Shown one piece after another: positions 25,001 through 36,000 of a stretch of 64,000 nt of DNA (position 1 is the stretch's first letter; each line of letters starts with the position of its first letter). The DNA comes from Phoronis australis (Eukaryota > Animalia > Phoronida), in NCBI GenBank assembly GCA_002633005.1, contig NMRA01000168.1:499129-563128 (forward strand), written 5' to 3'. The notes under the pieces are model-generated. The model was not told the DNA's origin. It searched no databases and saw only the letters and a list, made by a program, of their open reading frames with translations. The translations under genes and the position numbers were made by a program.

Positions 25001-26893
25001 CTTGACGAGCGTTTGCCGTCCTTTCGAACTATTTGGGCAGCGAGCCCGAATTAGATTATTCATCGCCTCACTGCTGTTTTGCGTTTTCCTATAGTATGGC
25101 CCCAAGTTGTAGTCAGTGAGTACATGTAAATTATTCAGAGGGCGCATCTCAGTAACTACGGGTGCGTGATTATCATCAACAATTGGTGGCGACTGTGGAT
25201 GGGTGGGAACTGGCTCAGCCAGCAGAGCGTTTACGTGTGACGTGAGAATTTCAGGTTTGATTCCACGTTCGGGTTATCTAAAAAATCACTCCACCAGTAA
25301 GGTCTTTTAACAGAAGTTGAGGAATTAGCGTCAGCTGGCTGTAGTGAGTGAGAATCAAGTTTTGAACATTTTTAATGGGTTACCGATTTTAATCCAGTAA
25401 AAGCGGAAATAAACCACATTACATCACAAAAATAACATTGACTTGGACCACTCACAATGATAAAATTGGTCTCAAATTGTCCCAAAGTCAAATGAGATGA
25501 TATTAATGTTTCTAAATAACTGACAGTTCATTGTTGATTGATACCAGCCTCCAGATGTTAGCTTGTCCCGGGATGCCACTTCATGTGTCGAGATTGGTAT
25601 ACACGAACAATGCAGGATATAGACTTTGATGGCCCGTGTCATTCAATGAACAGGGGGGCCTCATTTAGCAGTACAGGTTATGAAAAGTCAAGAAAAATTA
25701 TGTTTCTGTAGAAAAGTGCTTTCCCTACAGTCTGGTAATTAGTTTTGAACTTGCCTGGAAACAAAATACAGGCTATGCTTTATAATGCATTTTGTAATCA
25801 AGGTTATGAGTTACCGTGCAACCGAATAGATTTTGGCCGAACAATCAAAAGCAGATATATTTGTCATCTCTGTGTCTGCAGTATTGTGTTCTTGCAGTCA
25901 AAACTTTCTCTTGAGAGTTCAGGGGACTCTTCATATGAAGTGATGTGCACCGATTCCTCGCCTTTGTTGTGTAAGTAGGGGTAGTTCGCACATTACAGCT
26001 GCATTTTTCACGCCTGTTTTGGACAAAATTCTCATCTGAGCCCGGTGGCATCAACGAGAATTTCAACTGTTGCAAGACTTTGAGTACAACAGTTACTACG
26101 CGTTAGACCTCGCATTAGCCACATTGGCCAAATGATCAAACGTCTGAATGGACCTTTTCGGTTTCAAAGTGTGCAGTGGCGTAACTTTGGGAAAAGCTGT
26201 CGGCCGCTGTAATTCCTGATCGCACCCTAAATGTGAACCCTATTTTCACCGTGAGCAGAAGAGCCTTCCCAGGAAAAGGGGGGACCATGGAACAGTGGCC
26301 CATCTGACGTAGGAGTCCCTTTCGTCATGATGAAGGTATTGCATTCAAAGGTGGGCCCCTATAGATGGGGGTTCCGGGGCAATTCCCCCTTTTGCCCCCC
26401 TACATATCCCACGCTGTTAACAAATAAAGAACATTTAGTTCTTTGCAAAGTCAGAAATCACTTTTTTCACTTCTCACCATTTCTGTAGTGGCAAATGGTC
26501 TACTTATCGCTTCTCTCACGAAGACATTTTCTAAAAGTAATCGTTCACGTTCTCTATCAACGCGACGTCATCTACATGTAAACCAGATTAAGGCCTTAGC
26601 ACAGTGCCACCATTTACCTGTTGATCAAGCACATAGACAAGAGGTCGTATTGTTGCAACTAGGGATATCCATTGTCCACTCACCTTCAATCCTGGTACAT
26701 TCCTAAGGTTTATCAAGCTTCGAAGTTTGCCATGGGTTTTCAGCTTTAACAATTCACCCGTGTCAGGATGCGCGAAATCAATGTCCCGACCAAATTCGTG
26801 GTCAGTGAGTCTTCCCTTGTATTCTATCGCCCCGGATTGTGTAATAGATATGGCAAGTACAACAGCGACAACGCATATTTTACAGCAACACAT
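388..26893 (-). CDS. Gene L: multi-exon secreted multidomain protein (signal peptide, DUF7029/7223-like, degenerate Hedge, ComEC-type MBL, Hedge, inactive M15A-like, Cys-rich); 3' end unresolved or beyond the window start
   Basis: Hand-spliced GT-AG exons: 26684-26893 (MCCCKICVVAVVLAISITQSG signal peptide), 23852-23966, 21917-22013, 20716-21159, [20031-20085, contains TAG], 17033-17273, 15709-15833, 15081-15157, 13267-13413, 12757-12900, 11892-12022, 11182-11403, 10804-10923, 7381-8394, 6558-6699, 5885-6093, 5317-5419, 4295-5043, 2844-2943, 388-554. Exon phases are consistent along the chain; about 4.6 kb coding. Confidence 0.75.
1751..2651. mobile_element. Non-autonomous Kolobok-like DNA transposon with ~300-bp terminal inverted repeats
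   Basis: 1751-2054 is the near reverse complement of 2348-2651; termini AGG...CCT; TTAA on both sides (1747-1750, 2652-2655). Confidence 0.85.
3341..3624. mobile_element. Small MITE-like element with ~30-bp imperfect inverted repeats
   Basis: CACTGGCATTTGCCCTGCG at 3341 pairs with CGCAGGGCAAATGTCAGTG ending at 3624. Confidence 0.5.
4295..5043 (-). CDS. Gene L exon: C-terminal part of the Hedge domain plus a peptidase M15A-like (D-Ala-D-Ala/Hedgehog fold) pseudo-peptidase domain
   Basis: LSILAQCAGFDYV matches Hh LARLAVEAGFDWV. LSEHFSVKDF...LDDKLLECLELLR...SAYR...N...RFQSGQAVEL...GLG....VYLDMR follows the M15A pattern. Acceptor TTTCAG before 5043, donor G/GTAAAA after 4295. Confidence 0.85.
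5317..6699 (-). CDS. Gene L exons (6558-6699, 5885-6093, 5317-5419) encoding the N-terminal two-thirds of a Hedgehog-signalling (Hedge)-like domain
   Basis: Spliced translation ...KRSDERFSQL...VLFINDE...CADRMMSFRLAYRLRRLA...QKWSDGRRVQVQDAW...SLHYEGR aligns by eye to Hh SRNSERFKEL...IIFKDEE...ADRLMTQRCKDKLNALA...QWPGVKLRVTEGW...SLHYEGR. Confidence 0.85.
7364..8394 (-). CDS. Gene L exon: ComEC/Rec2-type metallo-beta-lactamase-fold hydrolase domain
   Basis: 342-aa ORF with VGQGDA, VDLGS, THADSDH, NNNGIVLRL, LFVGD, KLAHHGS and GYGHP motifs. Acceptor TTCTAG before 8394; internal donor GAG/GTAAAC after 7381; stop at 7364-7366 if unspliced. Confidence 0.88.
11182..12022 (-). CDS. Gene L exons (11892-12022, 11182-11403): degenerate second Hedge-like module
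   Basis: YVIWDGNEQTSVDPSLLDRIRNFVDVVRREDGWSRRKLLV...LAKLKKLANCAEFCDVEKRQDKIVVT parallels the Hedge copy at 4900-6699; canonical splice sites with matching phases. Confidence 0.6.
12278..12364. repeat. (TACA)n/(CA)n compound microsatellite
   Basis: Direct reading of the sequence. Confidence 0.9.
12757..23966 (-). CDS. Gene L N-terminal exons: beta-rich extracellular region resembling DUF7029/DUF7223
   Basis: IVCISNKLIFIFEDAHVANEWANGDVITGDDQWEC...IFRKISSV...IEVITSEASFYDIFEHAKI...RQRRGW...LECTTCYFAFDAS...LPTPVKFEIMLVLGIKIDVQLTPEL. Exons are open and phase-consistent except 20031-20085. Family name is from recall. Confidence 0.6.
15443..15598. mobile_element. Short MITE, hAT-like termini
   Basis: TACTGGCGTAGTCACAA ... 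TTGTGGCTACGCCGGTG, a 17-bp imperfect terminal inverted repeat. Confidence 0.55.
18885..19146. repeat. (ATT)n/(ATC)n compound trinucleotide microsatellite
   Basis: Direct reading; it generates the spurious poly-I/H/M/N ORFs. Confidence 0.95.
25204..25275 (+). mobile_element. Degenerate tRNA-derived SINE head or tRNA relic
   Basis: A-box-like TGGCTCAGCCAG at 25211 and B-box-like GGTTTGATTCC at 25254 with tRNA-like spacing; no intact cloverleaf. Confidence 0.35.
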
Positions 26894-26910
26894 TTTAGTC
26901 TGTATGGCAG

Positions 26911-29900
26911 CTATTAACAACAAAATGTCCTGAAATCCATCGGAGTTTGTCAGGTGCAGAGCCCCAACGATACGATGAGCGGATGTGTACATTTTTACCT
27001 CTGAGCGAAGGCGGAAAATCACTATAAGGAGATGTCGGATTCTTACGCGACACTCGTCAATCAAAGATAAGTCATGGCTTACATCCAACATCAGACGCAT
27101 CAAGATTTTCATTTCTCTGACTTTACTCTAAGACAACACAATAATTATCATATAAAGCAATGTACTGAAACTACGTTTTGTGTTCCTCGAGATACATCTA
27201 TTAATAATGAGGCAGTATGATTGGCCCATCTATCGCAAGTGATAGATACATGATACCTTTACACTCTACTCTATGCTGTCAAATTTTCTACGTCAACGGT
27301 TGTCGGTAATAACAAAACATGTATGAACATAATAAAAACACATCATCATTTGTCAATGTTTACCTGTGGTTGGCGAGTGGAGGTGGCGGTGGTAAAGGGT
27401 GGGGAAGTCAACATTGAAATACTATTTTAGTCTACATCATAGGTAAAAATTGCTGTGGTTTGTTCAATGAATTTCAGTGCGTTGTTGCTGATAAAGGATA
27501 CTTTACTTTAGCATACCTAAGAGGGAATCTCCGGACGCTTGGTATAAACATTTGTCTATAAATGCATGACCTTAAGAAACGATTTCTATATCGGCATAAA
27601 GAATTCAATTTAACAATTAGTCTGTGTCTACTAGAAGTGAGATTTCACGATTTGCAATCACTTTAATGAACGGTGTGCCTAATTTTACAATTTGCTTAAT
27701 ATTTGCAATTAATGGTTCAACAATTGCAAATTTAGTTTTCCGAAATTTGTTATAGGCTCGGAACAATGGGATGAATTCACCGGTTTCAGTTGTTTAAAAG
27801 CCTTACAGATGCTCGACGTGACTACATAGTTTGGCGAATAATGCAATCAAAATTTAATTTCAATCAAATTTTCATGTACGTTTCATCGGGACCAATCACC
27901 ATCTGTCGAAACAGCGTGATCTTGCATTCTCTGTCAATAATCTCACAAAGATTTAGTCGATGTCCACAGAAGAAGCCGTGGTCGTAAGGTCTGGTACTTT
28001 ACTTACTTGGTCGGTTAAAATAGACGTGTGGCAAGAGCCACTTTTGAGTTAAATGTCGTAAAGGTTGTTCATTGCATCAGTTCTAAACAATTCCAAACCA
28101 GTGAAAATGGATTCACCAACTTCGTAATTGGCTATATTGTATATACACGACTTCTTTTTTAAACCATAGCAGCACAGGTTCTTACTTCCTTTTACGCGTA
28201 GGATCGATCCTTATTGCATTAATAACGAGAGCTGCTTTTGATAATTATTTGCGTTAGGGGGCATGTCCCACTGCGGTAAAGATAGAATGTACTTCTGTAA
28301 CATTGCTTGCTCCCGATTTGGGCGACCGACAATTTAAAGGATATGCTTGTTTTTCGACGACAGAAGTGCAGCATTAACGACACCCAAAATATTCTAGTAG
28401 TTGTAAACGACGACTAAAGGTGACAGACGAACCATAAATGACCATCTTCCACCCAACGTGTAAACAACCAAAGGGTAATTTTTAAAAACAAGTAGGTTAG
28501 TTGAAGACATCATTACGAGGAAATAGGACAATTTTTGTTTGCACAGTTAGGGCCAAAATGATAACCTAGATTAGTTAATCTTGTGCAATTTGTCTTTTCT
28601 GTATTCGGGTACTGAGAAATGACATAAGAATAATATCTCCTGGGGAGGAGATAAGGCTCTATTTTGTGGATACCACTAGGACAAGATTCCGTGTCGAGTG
28701 ATAAATTCGGGTTTTATGGTGTGCATGTCAATTGCACTTATCTCGATACGCGCGTAGAATCAAAATTTAGTGCACAATAAAGATAAGAAAGCACCTTCTT
28801 GTCTCGGCACCTCATCGATTGGATAAACATTGCGTTGTTTTGATCGGAACGTTAGCTACTCAGGTGAAATTCAAACATAGCTAGCATTACAAATCAACAA
28901 ATTGAATTTCAACTTTAATGCCAGGCTACAACAGTTGAATGGCACTGAACTTTTAACATTTTCTACAATTTTATTGAAAATGCTAATGAATGAAGGGCTG
29001 TAAAATTCCATGCAGGGTTATCTTCATGTTTTGGGACGTAACTCCTTGTCTTGTTCTTTACTACGGTGAATAAGCGTTCCTAAATACACGAGATATAACC
29101 TTCAATGTCCGGATGGACTTCTGTTGGTTCTCACTGTAACTTTAAAACGAAGACGCATCTCTGCTTACCGGACTCATTGGTTGACGATTTGGGCTTAACA
29201 TAATAAGCGTTTCGTTGGACTTAATATGCGAAATATTACTACAGTGTATTCTGTAGTGATGCTTTTGGTACATGTATTCGGGTCTTCTGTAGGGCACCTT
29301 TGGCCACTGAAAATAGTACAGGGCAGCGGTTATTGGCAGGAATGCATCAGTTCGCATTTTGATCATATTTTCATGGCTTGTTCCGTGTTTTGATGAGTAC
29401 GAAAGACTATGAAATGCTTTGGGAGCATAAGTTCCATTGTCCGTGAATAACGGAGACAAAGTTAATGTGTGAAAACGTCTCGTTTTGAGAATCGACAGAT
29501 AAGAAACACACTGGGCATCATAGAGCCAGCAAAAAATAAAAAAAAAACAAACCACTAACGCCTATGCAGTGGAGATGATGCCCTTCATGGTTCCCCACAT
29601 TATGAAGCCTTATGAACGTTGCGCACTTAGGTGCAGTACGTTATGCGAATCTTAATTAGAATTGTCGCGTTTCTGCTTCAGATCTCATCGCCGAGGCATT
29701 TCAATTCGTCATCTGTGTGCTAATATGATAATAGATCGATAAAACACGGCGTGTTTGTGTTTCTCATTGGAAGTTTGATAATGAATCAACAAGTCTATCT
29801 GGTATGCAGATGAGATACGTGCTGAGAGTTAGAACTTGATATTATGAACTGCCGGTCAAAATTAGACTCCTCCTTCTTTGTCTTAGTATGGTTGTGACCT

Positions 29901-30041
29901 CAGTATCCAATGCCATGGTTCTACCCTTTTAACCAGTCGGATACGCAGGAACTTTTTTCACTCGAAAGTAGTTCGAGGTAACCCCGTAATCACTGCCTGC
30001 AGTTCACCACCTATAGGAAATGGAGAACAATTTGTCCTAGG
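26911..30041. promoter_or_regulatory. Divergent intergenic region holding the promoters and 5' UTR exons of genes L and R
   Basis: The two ATGs point away from each other about 3.15 kb apart. The gene L ATG exon has an acceptor at 26911-26912, and there is a minus-strand CAG/GTAAAC donor near 27363, implying a non-coding first exon. Confidence 0.5.
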
Positions 30042-33000
30042 ATGGGATCAATAGTTGCTCCTTCTTTTTTTCTTCTAACTTTTTTATTTGGTCAAATCAC
30101 AGGGTATGTTGTATTCGAAGATGGCTATGATTATTGCTACACCTACTCTTCTGACTCAGACATCATTGGCAGACACAATATATCAACGATCATAAAGGTA
30201 AGACTGAAGTGAAGATTTCAAAATGGTCTGCGTGTCACAGGCGTGTAACATTGGCCTCTTTGTCACTAAAACGTAAACTTTAGGCAGTACTTTAGTTGGT
30301 AGGGTTACTACACTCTTGAACCATATGTATATGTAGACTGTGGACGTACTTAAATTTATACAACACTTGTAGGTTCATTGTGCTTGTTTACAACACTTCA
30401 TCCACATTACATGATCGTTTTTAGATAACCCCTTTCAGTATAAATTCAAATGGAAACGTGTACATGCATTGCAGGGCGCGTTTTCCTTGTTAGCCTATGA
30501 CCAGCGTTTCCGTTGCATTAGCATACCGTATATGATTCATTGTTGACGTTAATTGGAACAGGCGTTCGAGTGTTTGTGAGGTCGGCTAAGTTATTCATAT
30601 CTTCTACATGCCCAAATTTTTGCAGATCTTTTTTTCGTTACTAAGTGAAGTTGCGTTTCTTTCAGATTCGAATACGACATGTGAACAAGACAGGCGACAG
30701 TGACTTGAACCAACTCATTGTAGACAGTTTTTTTCAAAGAAGTCAAGATGGATTTGGTAAGATTTTGTATAGCCGTACTTGATAAAGAAATAGATAGCTC
30801 AATTTTTCTGTACTCTTTGGCACTATTTTTACACTGTAATCAGTGATTTGCACAGTCCTTGGAAAATGTAGCTCTATTCAATGTTGTTGCAACACGAAAC
30901 AAGACCGGTTACATTGTACATGACCATATCGGCTGCAAAACAAGTGTTAAACAAAAGGGAGGTGTAATAATGTCGAAACGTAATTTTTACAGTATATGGA
31001 ACTTGAAGCTAACTTGTATTAGATGCTAATTAATCAAATTGCAATATGTTAAGCATCAAATGGACTTTTAGACAAATTTTTGTTGAATCAATATCCTCTA
31101 GCATTTCGGGATTTTCTACTGCCATGTTTTTTCTTTAGCTGCCAACAACCCTCTAAAGTGGAGACTTCACAGACCGTAAGTTATTTCTACTCCATAGCGA
31201 AAAACGCATGATAGATTAGCCGTAATTAGAGTCTATTTGAACACGCGCTTTTTGACTTCGAGCATTTTCGCTCGCAAACATTTTTGTTGAGGCTACTACC
31301 TTATGGCGGATAACACCCCAGACACCTTAAGATGATCTTTTTATCAGGTCTCAGTATTTAGCCAAATATTTACAAAACTGTAAATTTTAAATCTATAAGT
31401 TTATGTTTTCTCAAAGTAAAAATCTCAAAGAATTTTATTTTGGACGTTTCACCACGTTATTTTGCTAAATACACATTCTTCTCGATAAGATCCACCGCAA
31501 CCTTAAATTAGTTTTAATGTTTTCTAACTACAGTTCTATACTTATCTATCGCAGGTTTCTTTTTGAAAGGAACAAGCTAGGAGAAATCACGGGTGTGCAT
31601 TTTCACGAAGACGATGAACATGAGTTGGTAAACTTGAAGAAAGCCCTCTCGGGGATCTTCTCTGTTCACGTCAAGGTATTGGAAACGTATGCTAAGATAG
31701 ACTAAAAAGAGCAAAACCAGTCTCTACATCGTATAAAAACGACAGGAGGATAGATAAAACGATGATATAAGCCATACACCTGTAACTTGTATTGAAAACT
31801 TAAAAGACCAACAATGAACGTGCAGTGGTACGCCGTAACATGTGACAATTTCATAAAATGTAACAGTTACATTTTACGTTGCTAAGCCTCTCCTATATTG
31901 TAACACGTTGTTACATTTTAGGTAATTGTTACATTTTACGTCGGGTGCTCATGCGAGAAATGTACCATTGTTACAGTTCATGAAACCAACGTCATATTAC
32001 TAAGAAAATGAATAATATCGTGAACAAGTGGTATATTACACGGCCGGGGGTACTCGAGTATTTTGGACGAGGGGCCCACCCGAAAATTTTGGATACCAAC
32101 CTATTCAAGAGTGGCTGGGACAAAAAGGAACACTTAGGGAGTGATTGTTTTAAAAATTCACATTTCCGCATGATTCAGTTCCAGAAATTCGGAAAAGATA
32201 CCCTTTTAGATAGTATTTTATTTAAAACGGCACCATTTTGGAGGGCATTTTTTTGCTGTGGAAAAAACCCTTTTGGGCGGCACTTTTCATATACCTCTTC
32301 TATAGGCATACTCTTCGGGTTGACAGGGCATGAATTTGGCTTTCCATTATCATTTTATTGCTATTACATTATTATTACCACTATTACTGCTGTACTTTCA
32401 ATGCTATTACTCGTTATTATTATCATTTTTATTATTATATTTGAATTTTTTTAATGACGACACTGTACAATACATCACGGTAGACCTAATTTTTGGAAAC
32501 GATTAGGCTGAGATTCAAAATCTTGTTTAGACTTGCGCCAACTTAAAAAAATTCAACACTATTGGCAAGCACTATATCCTTCTATAGTGTGCCACGAAGA
32601 ACTGAATTCAGACTGTTATCTTTTACTTGGGACTTACATCTAAACTTGAGGATACTCAACGTGTTGTCATTTTTGTCCCTTGTTGAAAACATTCCTTTTC
32701 AAAGAACTGGGGATGGTTCCATGATGATGCGTATGTTAAAAATTACGTTAAGTTGAATTCTGGAGGCAGATAATTTTTGAGAACTGGCGACTAATCGGCT
32801 ATGACTGCGGTCACCAGATCATTAGAAAAGCTTGTAACGGACATACTAAACACGCAATAATTGTATGTGGAACGGTCCCTATATTCTTAGAAGAACACGT
32901 TGATTTAACTCAGTGATTTGAAAGTGGATTTTATGGAGCAATAACGGACAACGTGGAAGTCAGTGGTGTTTAATATGCGCTTTTTATGCGATGCATCAAA

Positions 33001-36000
33001 AGGGTTGATATACCAAATAGCCTTATCCAACTACAACCACGCGTGTTGTTGACAGGGAGCTGAAATCCTAAAAATGGCACCTACGAGCCACGTGGCTTTA
33101 CGCCCATTAATAGTAGTCTATTCAATCTTTGTATCTAATTATATGTGCTTCGGACAAACGAGCAAAATAGCAATTTTTATTGATATTTTATCTCAAAAGA
33201 TAATGAAAGAGAAATTGCATGTTTTTGTAGTCCGAAAAGGCCGACAGCCAGCTTTTTTCTATTGCCCCTTTAAACTGTCGACCGTGATCCGGTTTCAACA
33301 AAATGATCATGTCCTTTCGGAGAGCCAAAACATTTTTTTATTTCCCCAGCTAGGCCACCCATTTTTACGATTACATGTCACGGTTTGATTTGTTGCTACC
33401 ACCAATATTTCAAACAGGTTTGACGCCATAGGAATGATGATACTTCTTTCAGTTTTTAAGACGTTTAAAACACGGGACTATGTCGCCACTGTTTTAAACT
33501 ATTGGCTCGCCCTTCTCAAAGGCGACCTTTTGCTGTTTCACTAGTGAAAATATTTCGACATGCTCTCATCTAAATGCGTGCTTTTATTTCATTTCACCGC
33601 AATGTCTTTAATAAATTCGCAACTAAGTTGGTAGACACAAACCGTCACCACCAGAAATTTTGGAACAGGGCAATTATTGCATTAGCGATGACTCCAAGGC
33701 AATGAAACACCGGCTGAAATAAATCAAACTATCGTGGTCTAAGACCGGTGTTTTCTCTATTAAATTGGCGTCTGAAATTGAATTCTTGGTAAAACATATT
33801 GTCGTTTGTTTCAGAAGAAATGCGATAAATATTAGCCAAAATACGATGTCATTGTATCTCTTGTTTTTACCAAGGGAAGTGTGTTTACTGTAATGCCGGA
33901 TAGACAATTGATTTATGATCTGTGATCGCCAACAAAAGATTGCAAGAACTATTTAACATAAAAAAACTTGTCTCTTGATCATGGAAACTCCTTTCGTCTG
34001 GAGTTGAACCTGCCTACATTTTTACTATGCCGAGAAACTATTCATGTAAAAGAAAAACAAAACGATGGAAAGCACATAGGGACAAATCTATAAATTCGAG
34101 CAGGCACATTTGACAGAATTTAATTCAAACAATCCGAGTAAGAAACTGTTAAGTGTGTGAGTCCTGTGTGGCAAATACTATGCAAACTCATGACGTCGCT
34201 TTCGTAAAATGTAACAAAAGTACATTTCTCGCATGTGTATTCGGCGTAAATTATAACAATTACATGAAATGCAACAAACTGCTACATTTTAGGAGCGGCC
34301 TAGCAACATAAAATGTAACAATAATGTAAAATGTAACAGACGTTATCGATGTTACAGTTTACGAAATTGTTACATTTTACGAATTTGATACATTTTATGG
34401 CGTATCGGTGCAGCATAGCTGAGGAATACACACTGAGTGCTTTTTCATGGTAAGAGAAGTCTTGCAGACACACTACTAAATCGCAGGTGAGACAAAAGTT
34501 GACATGTAGGCGAGATATATGCAGGTTAACAAACGTTATCGACACGAGCGAGATTGATGCTTTTACGGTCGGGGATGTGAAAACGATAAATGTTGTCAAA
34601 ACTAAGCTGAAACCACATCCCTGTCTTTTTGAATGGAATATAAAGAAACAAGGGTCCATTTACCACTCACACTATCAGCAATTGGTAGGCATACGAGTCA
34701 GTTTCATTGACTTTGCAAATGACTAGACTTTTGAATTTCACTGTTGGAACACCGTGTACTTTTCTATTGCCATTGATTGCTCTAAACAACGAAATATTCT
34801 GTCACCTACTATCATCTTTAGTATCCAAAACTTACTGCTAGTTACATAATTGTCTTCGTCACTACGTAAAACAATGGATCTTCTCTCAGGAACTACATAT
34901 CAGTTGCTGATATGTATCTGCCTTGTACCTCTATATGGGAGTCATCGAATTGTACATTACAGCCGGATTTGGAGAAAGTGTGGTCGTATAATGTTAATGA
35001 AACAGATCACAGCGGAACAAAAGAGCACAAGTATTTTGCACACCGACAAGATGACAACAGTCTCACTCTCAAACGTTATCACCACAGTGTGAAACAGATT
35101 GAGAGACGTCACAGTCAGGTTTGTTTTAGATTACTTATTAAGGTCATCTCAAACGTTGTTCTTAAAAACTGACCTATTTTTGCAATATCCTACTTATGTC
35201 TAGCAAAATAGCACATCTTCATTCTCGGGAAACATCAAATACGAAATAATATAACATTTACATGTAGAGAGAAAAATGATTTTGCAGAATCATCTTTGAC
35301 TCATTATTTAAGTTCAAAGGTTGCAGAGCAGTCACTTTTTAGTTGAATCTCCCAACCAGGCATGTACAATTCCGTTGTACCCAGAATTAACAGTCCATCT
35401 CTGTTCAGTGTGTGACAGACTATAATAATCAACGAGGTGCACATAAAGAAAGATGCCGCGGAAAACGAATACAAAAATTACACACGACCATTGATAACTT
35501 GTGAAGTATCTAGGGTCCAATAAACTGTTCCCCCTTTGACAAATGAGAACATCTGACTACATGACAATAAAAAGTAACCTAAACGCGCTTCGTTATTCTC
35601 CTATTTTTGGTTTTGTCACAACTCATATCATGCTTTCCGCATCCGCGGAAGGATATCAAAACAAGGTTGAACTAGTTGAATTGTGAAATAACATCAAAGT
35701 TCTAAATATCAGAAAAATGGTACTGTTGTGTGCAGTTCCTCTCGTTTGAAACGATTTTTAACTGACTGAATATGTTAGTAGCAAATCGAACATTATCTTC
35801 CAACGCTAAGTGGTTATTGTGTTGTGCTCCAGAAACGTTCGCAAGCAGGCATGCAGTTTCCAAGCCGAGGTGGGTTTGGTGGGATTGTTTACGAAAGTCA
35901 CGCATCAACATTCCTGCATAGCTCCTAAAAACCGGTTGTGTAGTGGGCCTCTCATGGGGTTCGTTGGCAACGAAATTTGTCTCCCTGCCATGTGATGAAT

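Noticed and set aside
26894-27112. N-terminal extension of the 174-aa ORF 26588-27112
   Set aside because: A splice acceptor lies at 26911 and the signal peptide starts at ATG 26893, so the upstream part is intron or UTR.
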